Assembly (NCBI GenBank): GCA_964397055.1 | Contig: CAYNIS010000001.1 | Location: 1-39,161 of the forward strand | Direction of reading: 5' to 3' | DNA from: an uncultured Rhodospirillaceae bacterium | GTDB taxonomy: Bacteria > Pseudomonadota > Alphaproteobacteria > CAYNIS01 | DNA length: 39,161 nt | In this document: positions 33,083 to 39,161 of the stretch, in pieces | How positions within the stretch are numbered: the stretch's first letter is position 1 | Layout: each line of letters opens with the position of its first letter | Position numbers and translations under genes: made by a program | The notes under the pieces: generated by a model | Database searches by the model: none | Told to the model about the DNA's origin: nothing | Seen by the model: the letters and a program-made list of their open reading frames with translations, nothing else

Positions 33083-34960
33083 ATGATCGCTGCCGTCATC
33101 TTCGCCGTCGTCGCCATCGGGCTCGCCAGTGCCGCCATGTACACGGTGCTGCAGGTCAACGAGGCCCAGCAGGCGACCGTCTACGGCGCGCGCAACTTCC
33201 AGAACATCGAACTCGCCGCGGCGATGCTGCGCGCCAACCTGCGCAGTGTCAGGTTCGACGGCAATCCCTACCCGCCGGCGGGGGCCCTCGACCCCACCTA
33301 CAACTACACGACGCTGCCGCCCTGGCTCGGCGCGCCGCGCTCCTCCATCGGTGTTCCCTTCCTCTACTGCCCCGTCGGTATCGCCAGCGCCGGGGCGTTT
33401 ACGCTCGGCGGCGACGAAAGTGCGGACACCGTCACCCTGGCCGACGGCTCCACCACCTATGACGTCGCGACCGTCACCGACGGCCGGACCAACGGGCAGG
33501 CGTACGTGACCCAGGCCGACGGCAGCTCGATCCCCGCGCTCTGGGTCGCCGGCGCGCCGGACGTCGTCGCGTTCCTGGTGGCGCCGACCTCGACCTCCAC
33601 CGACGTGCTGAGCTGCGACACGATCGACTGGGCGGCCGACCGCGGCCACTGGGTGCCGCACGTGGCCGATACCGGCGGCATCGTGCGCGCGATCCTGCGG
33701 GACGAGGCGGTCAGCCAGCGCTTCACGTCCGGGGTCGCGACCCCGGTGCTGTTCGCCGCCCCGACCGCGACCGGCGACGGCAGCGGGCGCGACGACACCA
33801 ACCGCATGACGCTCGCCGGTGCGATGAGCCTGTGGGCGGCCCTGCGCCCGCCCCTGATGCGCATCAGCCTGGGTGACGGCAGCTACACCGACGTCGATCT
33901 CGATCTCGCCCACCTGGACGACTCGACGGATGCCGGCTTCGATGACATCCACGACGGCAACGCCACCGGATCGAAGCTGGTCCTCGAAGGGCAGGGGGCC
34001 GCCACCACCCGGTTCACCGGCGGCATGACGGCCGTCGCCGTCCCGGCCGACCTGCATCTGGAGGATGTCGGCTTCACCGCGGCCATGCCGATCCGGGTCA
34101 TGCCCGGGCGCCGCCTCTATGCCAAGGACGTCGATATCGGGCGTCTGGAGGTCGACGGCGGCGAGGCCCGCCTCGCCGGGACCATCGATCTCGATGCTGG
34201 CTCTGTCACCGGTGCCATCAGCGTACTGAACGGCGGCCGGGTGCATTTGGTCACGCCGGAAAGCGGGGTGAACTCGACGGTCACCATCGACAATCCGGCC
34301 GGCGACATCATCCAGGTCGGTTCCGACGGCGAGATGACCCTGCGGGACACGGATATCGAGATCAGGATCACGGGCTTCGCTTTATCGCTGGCCCAGGTCT
34401 CCGGCCGTCTGACGGCGATCGACAGCACCATCACCGCACCGTTGAGCGGGCCCGTCGTCCATGGCCTGCACATGTTGAACGGCAGTCATGTCCGCCTGAC
34501 CAACGTCACCATCGGATCGGTCACCAGCCTGCCCAACTTCGCGGTCGTGGATGACGGGGCGCTCAGCATCTCAGGCACCGGCAGCACGGTCTACGGCACG
34601 ACCTGCTGGTTCACCACCCTGGGTGCCAATCTGTCGCCGACGCTGTTCGCCGCCTCCGAGATCGGGCCGCAACCGGTGTCATCGCAACCCGTGGCACCGG
34701 TACCGGGCGGCAGCGGGCTCACCCCACCAGCCCTGCCGCTGGTCGACAGACTAGACGTGGACAACGGCTTTTTGGGCGGCGACCCGGAAGTCGACGGCGA
34801 TGACAGTGCCAACCCCTACGACAACGTCCATGCGCCGGCCTATCGGACCGCTCTCCAGACCTATGTCGAAGACAGCATTGCCGCAGGCATCGCCGGCGAG
34901 GCCGCCTATCACGCCGTGCGCTTCACGAACCGTTCAGACTGGACGTGCCTTAATCTCTAG
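33083..34960 (+). CDS. Large pilin-like-anchored protein with a C-terminal right-handed beta-helix-like domain (candidate tip adhesin/enzyme)
   Basis: The N-terminus MIAAVIFAVVAIGLASAAMYTVLQ has no room for a leader (an in-frame stop lies 10 codons upstream). The mid-region FAAPTATGDGSGRDDTNRMTLAGAMSLWAAL...ISLGDGSY resembles the N-cap of pectate-lyase-fold proteins. Short strand-turn repeats follow (VTIDNPAGDIIQVGSDGEMTLRDTDIEIRITG...). Confidence 0.6.
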   Translation: MIAAVIFAVVAIGLASAAMYTVLQVNEAQQATVYGARNFQNIELAAAMLRANLRSVRFDGNPYPPAGALDPTYNYTTLPPWLGAPRSSIGVPFLYCPVGIASAGAFTLGGDESADTVTLADGSTTYDVATVTDGRTNGQAYVTQADGSSIPALWVAGAPDVVAFLVAPTSTSTDVLSCDTIDWAADRGHWVPHVADTGGIVRAILRDEAVSQRFTSGVATPVLFAAPTATGDGSGRDDTNRMTLAGAMSLWAALRPPLMRISLGDGSYTDVDLDLAHLDDSTDAGFDDIHDGNATGSKLVLEGQGAATTRFTGGMTAVAVPADLHLEDVGFTAAMPIRVMPGRRLYAKDVDIGRLEVDGGEARLAGTIDLDAGSVTGAISVLNGGRVHLVTPESGVNSTVTIDNPAGDIIQVGSDGEMTLRDTDIEIRITGFALSLAQVSGRLTAIDSTITAPLSGPVVHGLHMLNGSHVRLTNVTIGSVTSLPNFAVVDDGALSISGTGSTVYGTTCWFTTLGANLSPTLFAASEIGPQPVSSQPVAPVPGGSGLTPPALPLVDRLDVDNGFLGGDPEVDGDDSANPYDNVHAPAYRTALQTYVEDSIAAGIAGEAAYHAVRFTNRSDWTCLNL

Positions 34961-34994
34961 CGATTTGGGGTGCGGTTTCCTGGAGTGACGAGGC

Positions 34995-36848
34995 ATGCCC
35001 TCGCAGTTGATCGAAGAAATGAGCCTGGAGGAGGTCTCCCGCGAGATCGACAGCTTCGCCTCTCTCGAGGATCTGTCGAAGCGGCTCTCGGGCGAGCCGA
35101 CGGCGGAGGAGATCGCCCAGGTCGAGGAGGCGGTGAAGCCCAAGGTCGGCCGCATCGGCGACTATCTCGTCTCCCAGGGGCTGGTCGAGCGAGAGGCGGT
35201 CGAGGCCGCGGTGCGCGAATCCAAGGTTTCCGGCGAGCGCATCGGCAACATCCTGGTGCGCAACGGCTTCCTGCGCCACGCCGACCTGATCGACGCGATC
35301 CTCACCATCGCCCCCGACAACATCGCGTTCGAGAAGAACTTCACCGCGCGCATCCCGCGCGACCTCCTGGAACAGTATTCGATCGTCGTCATCGCCGACA
35401 CCAATGACGAGGTCTTCATCGCCACCCTGTCGCCGCAGGAAGCGGTCCACGCGATCGCCAAGCACTACTATCCGAACAAGGAGGTGCGCTTCGTCGGGCT
35501 GTCGCCGGCCGACCTCGCGAGCTTCATGGAATCGATCGGCCGGGAGGGCGAGGACCAGGACGCCGACGATGCCGAGGATGACGCCCTGGTCCTCGACATG
35601 ATCCTGAAACAGGCGCTCCTGATCGGCGCCTCCGACATCCACATCGAACCGCGCTACCGCTCCTACACGGTGTTCTATCGCCACCTCGGCATCCGCAAGA
35701 TCGCCCATGAGGGCTCGCTCGAGCAGTTCGCGATCATTGCCGCCCAGGTCAAGGACCGGGCGCGCATGGACCAGGTCGAAACCCGCATCCCCCAGGACGG
35801 CAGCTTTTCGATGGAATTCCGCAACCGCATCGTCGACATGCGTGTCGCGACCGTGCCGACCGTCAACGGCGAGATCGTCGTCATCCGCATGCTCGACCCC
35901 GACAAGGGCATGAAGACCCTGGTCGAACTCGGCATTTCGGAGGTTGAGGCGTGGCGCGGGGCGACCAACTATCCCTTCGGGCTGTGCCTGATCTGCGGCG
36001 CGACCGGTTCCGGCAAGACCACGACGCTGAATGCCACGGTCCGCGAGATGGACCGCTTCGGCAAGTCGATCCGCACGGTCGAGGACCCGGTCGAATACCG
36101 CATCCCCTATGTCGGCCAGGTGTCGATCAACCCCCTGGTCGGGCTCGACTTCACCATGGCGCTGCGCGCGTTCATGCGCGCCGACCCCGACGTCATCATC
36201 CTGGGGGAGGTGCGTGACACCAACACGGCCGCCCTGATGATGCGTGCCGCGGAAACCGGCCACCTGGTGCTGGCGACCCTGCACACCGGCTCGGTCCGGG
36301 GTGCCATCGGGCGGCTGCGCGGCCTGGAGGTGGCGGAAAGCGACATCCGCCCGCTTCTGCGCGGGGTCCTGGTTCAGCGTCTGGTGCGCACGGTCTGCAC
36401 CGCCTGCCAGGGCCAGGGCTGCCAGGCCTGCATGGACACCGGCTATGCCGGCCGGACCATCGTTTCCGAATGCGTCATGCTGAAGAACGAGCTGGAGGTC
36501 GACCGCGCCATGGCCGGCGAGCGCTGGTGGCCATCCATGGTGACCGACGCCCTGATCAAGATCCGCAAGGGGATCACGACGACCGAGGAGATCTACCGCG
36601 TCTTCCAGGCGGAGATCGAAAACCAGGACGAGGACCTGGACGGCATCGAGGAACTGATCGCCGCGGTCCAGGGCTTTAAGGAAGAGAAGCGCCAGAAGCT
36701 GATGTCCTCCCAGCGCCAGATCAAGCAGGAGATCGCGCGCCAGGAACAGGTGCGCGACGAACAGCGCCGCCTGATCCAGGAGGACCGCTCGCGCATGGTC
36801 AATTCCGACGTGACCATGTACACCGCCGTCCTCGCCAAGAACGGCTAG
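34995..36848 (+). CDS. GspE/PilB-family type IV filament assembly ATPase with an MshEN-like N-domain and a C-terminal charged extension
   Basis: Walker A CGATGSGKTTTLNA, Asp box/Walker B DPDVIILGEVRD, His box GHLVLATLHT, and the Cys cluster CTACQGQGCQAC. The N-terminal segment is RIGDYLVSQGLVEREAVEAAV...RIGNILVRNGFLRHADLIDAI. Confidence 0.9.
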   Translation: MPSQLIEEMSLEEVSREIDSFASLEDLSKRLSGEPTAEEIAQVEEAVKPKVGRIGDYLVSQGLVEREAVEAAVRESKVSGERIGNILVRNGFLRHADLIDAILTIAPDNIAFEKNFTARIPRDLLEQYSIVVIADTNDEVFIATLSPQEAVHAIAKHYYPNKEVRFVGLSPADLASFMESIGREGEDQDADDAEDDALVLDMILKQALLIGASDIHIEPRYRSYTVFYRHLGIRKIAHEGSLEQFAIIAAQVKDRARMDQVETRIPQDGSFSMEFRNRIVDMRVATVPTVNGEIVVIRMLDPDKGMKTLVELGISEVEAWRGATNYPFGLCLICGATGSGKTTTLNATVREMDRFGKSIRTVEDPVEYRIPYVGQVSINPLVGLDFTMALRAFMRADPDVIILGEVRDTNTAALMMRAAETGHLVLATLHTGSVRGAIGRLRGLEVAESDIRPLLRGVLVQRLVRTVCTACQGQGCQACMDTGYAGRTIVSECVMLKNELEVDRAMAGERWWPSMVTDALIKIRKGITTTEEIYRVFQAEIENQDEDLDGIEELIAAVQGFKEEKRQKLMSSQRQIKQEIARQEQVRDEQRRLIQEDRSRMVNSDVTMYTAVLAKNG

Positions 36849-36871
36849 CCTGAGCTGCGGGGAGGCGAGCC

Positions 36872-37462
36872 GTGAGCCAGCTAGTCTTCGCGATGCTCGC
36901 GTTCTGCTTCATGGCCGTGTTGATGGCCGGCGGCGCCTATTACGTCGACCCGCACGCATTGGCGGTCATCGATCTCAAGAACTCGGCAGTGGCGGGCTTC
37001 ACCCAGCTCACCACCGGCTACCGCATGCACGTCATCAACCATCGCCGTCCGATCGATGTCGATGACCTCGCGACCCCCGACCTGATCGAATGGCACCCGC
37101 AGATCCGTTCCTTGACCCCGCTGCCCCGGCGCCCCGGGGATGGCGGGCTCGACTGGTCCTTCGGGCGTCCCGACCTGCGCCCGATCGGCAGCCCGGATGG
37201 CGTCGCCGACGGCGACTACTTCTGCCTTTCCGGGATGGTCGATGAGCACGAGTACCGCGCCCTGGCGCTGGCGGCGATCGGCCACGACCACGACACCGAC
37301 GGTATCGCGGACACCCCGCCCCTGCTGCCGCCCGGCATGACGGTGCTGTCGGACCTGCAGTGCGGCATCTATCAGGATGTCGATCCCGGCGGCGTCGACT
37401 TGACCGGGGCCTGGCCCAAGCAGGTCTATCTGACCGTCTGGGTGGTCAAGAACGGGCCCTGA
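36872..37462 (+). CDS. Pilin-like protein without class III leader (candidate minor subunit)
   Basis: GTG start 6 nt after GGGGAGG, with an in-frame TGA 7 codons upstream. The N-terminus MSQLVFAMLAFCFMAVLMAGGAYYVD shares the M-(A/S)-(N/Q)-L ... AV ... GAYY pattern with the protein at 31675. Confidence 0.55.
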   Translation: MSQLVFAMLAFCFMAVLMAGGAYYVDPHALAVIDLKNSAVAGFTQLTTGYRMHVINHRRPIDVDDLATPDLIEWHPQIRSLTPLPRRPGDGGLDWSFGRPDLRPIGSPDGVADGDYFCLSGMVDEHEYRALALAAIGHDHDTDGIADTPPLLPPGMTVLSDLQCGIYQDVDPGGVDLTGAWPKQVYLTVWVVKNGP

Positions 37463-37475
37463 CGGGTCCCGTCAG
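37459..37475. repeat. 17-bp perfect palindrome containing both convergent stop codons
   Basis: ctgacggg-t-cccgtcag. The TGA at 37460-37462 ends the plus gene, and the TCA at 37472-37474 is the stop of the minus pcm gene. Confidence 0.6.
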
Positions 37476-38233
37476 ATCCGCTGGCCGCCCTGCATGGGCG
37501 TGAAGCTGACCGGCATCAGCGACTGTTCGACAAGGCGCCCGTCGGCCTGTTTTCGAATCAGCGTCAGCACCTGCGCCCCGGGCCGGCCAAGCGGCAGGAC
37601 GAGGCGCCCGCCCGGCTTCAGCTGTCGTTCGAGCGGCGGCGGCACATGGTCGAGCGCCTCCTTGATCAGGATGACGTCGAACGGCCCGGCCTCCGGCCAG
37701 CCGAAATAGCCGTCGCCCTCGCGCAACGCGACCTCGTCATAGCCGAGGTCGGGCAGGAGCCGGCTGGCCACGTCGTGGAGTTCGCCGACCACCTCCATCG
37801 AGTGCACATCGGCCCCGAGTTCCGCCAGGATCGCCGCGTGATAGCCGGTATCGGTGCCCGTCTCGAACACCTTGTCGCCGGGCTCGACCTCCGCCACCTC
37901 GGTCATCAGGGCGGCCAGGAACGGCATCGTCAGGCTCTGGCCGAAGCCGAGCGGCAGCGGCCGGTTCAAATGCGCGAAGGGCTCCAACTGGGGCGGGACG
38001 AATCGCTCACGCGGAACCGTCCGGAACGCCTCCAGCACCCGCGGGCTGATCCGCCGGACGCCGGTGACGCCGGCCGTATCGCTGGCGTCCGCCTGGATTT
38101 CCCGGATCATGCGCTCGACCTCTGGCCGCCCGGGATCGCCGTGCCCCGGGGCCGCCGCGAGACCGACAGCCGCGGCCACGCCGATCGCGAGGGCCGCAAT
38201 CCTTGCGGCGATGCTCCGTTTCGCGCGCGCCAT
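37472..38233 (-). CDS. pcm: Protein-L-isoaspartate O-methyltransferase-like protein with an N-terminal signal peptide
   Basis: 253 aa from the ATG at 38233. Signal-like MARAKRSIAARIAALAIGVAAAVGLAAAPG, then PRERFVP, the SAM motif VFETGTDTGYHAAILAEL, and LKPGGRLVLPLG. Confidence 0.8.
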   Translation of the reverse strand: MARAKRSIAARIAALAIGVAAAVGLAAAPGHGDPGRPEVERMIREIQADASDTAGVTGVRRISPRVLEAFRTVPRERFVPPQLEPFAHLNRPLPLGFGQSLTMPFLAALMTEVAEVEPGDKVFETGTDTGYHAAILAELGADVHSMEVVGELHDVASRLLPDLGYDEVALREGDGYFGWPEAGPFDVILIKEALDHVPPPLERQLKPGGRLVLPLGRPGAQVLTLIRKQADGRLVEQSLMPVSFTPMQGGQRI

Positions 38234-38244
38234 GGCGACCCGCC

Positions 38245-39161
38245 CTAATCCTTGCCGAGAACCCGATCCAGGATAGCCTCGATGCGGGCGAGGTAGAAGC
38301 TGTGGTCGAAAAGACCGGTGAGTTCGCCGGCGTCGAGATGCGCCGTGATCACCGGATCCCGTGCCAGGTGGGCGAGGAAACGGGGGCGCCCCTCGATCTG
38401 TGGTGCGGCACCGGCGTCGATCTCCTGCCACACGGTCATCGCGTGCGACTGCACCAGCCGATACGCCTCTTCCCGCGCAACACCGGCCTGGGTCAGGGCG
38501 AGGAGCACCCGCTGCGACGCCACCAGGCCGCCCAGCCGGTCGAGGTTGCGGCGCATCTGGTCCGGGTAGACCAGAAGCTTGTCGACGACGTCCGCCAGGC
38601 GATTGAGCGCGAAGTCGAGGGCGATCGTGGCATCCGGTCCGATCAGCCGCTCCACCGAGGAGTGGGAGATGTCGCGCTCGTGCCACAGGGTGACGTTTTC
38701 CATCGCCGGCACCACCGCGGCCCGGACCAGGCGGGCGAGCCCCGTCAGGTTCTCGGTCAGGACCGGGTTGCGCTTGTGCGGCATCGCCGACGAGCCCTTC
38801 TGGCCCGGGCTGAAATACTCCTCCGCCTCGCGGACCTCGCTGCGCTGCAGGTGGCGGATCTCGGTCGCCAGGTTCTCGACAGAGCTCGCGACGACGCCGA
38901 GGACGGCGAAGAACTGGGCATGGCGATCGCGCGGGATGACCTGGGTCGACACCGGTTCCGCGGTGAGGCCCATCGCGCGGGCGACATGGGCCTCCACGGC
39001 CGGGTCGATGGTCGCGAAGGTGCCGACCGCGCCGGAGATGGCGCAGGTCGCGACCTCCTCCCGGGCTGCTTCCAGGCGGGCGCGATTGCGTTGGAAGGCG
39101 GCATGATGGCCGGCGAGCTTGAGCCCGAACGTGGTCGGCTCGGCATGGATGCCGTGGCTGC
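38245..39161 (-). CDS. purB: Adenylosuccinate lyase, 3' part (5' end off-window)
   Basis: The fumarate-lyase signature GSSAMPHKRNP is present. The frame stays open to the window edge (...HAEPTTFGLKLAGHHAAFQRNRARLEAAREEVATCAISGAVGTFATIDP...). Confidence 0.9.
   Translation of the reverse strand, partial: SHGIHAEPTTFGLKLAGHHAAFQRNRARLEAAREEVATCAISGAVGTFATIDPAVEAHVARAMGLTAEPVSTQVIPRDRHAQFFAVLGVVASSVENLATEIRHLQRSEVREAEEYFSPGQKGSSAMPHKRNPVLTENLTGLARLVRAAVVPAMENVTLWHERDISHSSVERLIGPDATIALDFALNRLADVVDKLLVYPDQMRRNLDRLGGLVASQRVLLALTQAGVAREEAYRLVQSHAMTVWQEIDAGAAPQIEGRPRFLAHLARDPVITAHLDAGELTGLFDHSFYLARIEAILDRVLGKD

Noticed and set aside
1-39161. Numerous long ORFs in the track lie antisense to, or out of frame with, the called genes. 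Examples: 469..1773+, 1887..3560+, 3557..5071-, 6337..8406+, 8742..9833+, 11281..12855-, 13567..15297-, 14757..16304+, 17568..19295+, 21353..22414-, 22785..23888-, 23656..25374-, 29529..30848-, 31564..32712-, 32900..34246-, 34950..36284-.
   Set aside because: Their translations are Arg/Pro/Gly/Ala-rich low-complexity strings with no family resemblance. They overlap genes with clear homology-type motifs and G/C-ending codons. Long stop-free shadow frames are expected in DNA this GC-rich.

Overview
This is a high-GC bacterial chromosome segment in which real genes have strongly G/C-biased third codon positions. I can support about 45 genes. I recognised no rRNA, tRNA, CRISPR array, transposase or integrase.

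Left part (1-9.7 kb): a truncated class IV aminotransferase-like fragment; a minus-strand unit with an MscS-type channel fused to a cyclic-nucleotide-binding domain plus two exported or membrane proteins; an M20 peptidase; and an RND efflux pump with its periplasmic adaptor.

Accessory-looking stretch (9.8-16.3 kb): a secreted protein made of two Tudor/SH3-like repeats, a DUF433/DUF5615 toxin-antitoxin pair, an acyl-CoA dehydrogenase whose stop codon lies in a 28-bp tandem repeat, a Phd/VapC toxin-antitoxin pair, DUF1330, TetR, MFS and an HNH-motif protein.

Middle (16.3-25.6 kb): a DUF2764-type V/A-ATPase split into two divergent units. B-D-I-K-E is on the minus strand and DUF2764-A is on the plus strand. 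A TauD-like dioxygenase and a small membrane gene lie between them.

Right part (25.6-37.5 kb), the most interesting region: an orphan type IV filament-like cluster. It contains a GspE/PilB-type ATPase with an MshEN-like N-domain, a GspF-like platform protein, a probable lipoprotein secretin, a bitopic protein, two paralogous exported proteins and small membrane proteins. Its three candidate filament subunits begin directly with a pilin-like hydrophobic helix, with no class III leader. One of them is fused to a beta-helix domain. No prepilin peptidase is present in the window. A 45 % GC non-coding island and several short tandem repeats sit inside the cluster.

The window ends with an exported pcm-like methyltransferase and a partial purB. 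Many long ORFs in the supplied track are antisense or off-frame shadow ORFs typical of high-GC DNA and were not called.
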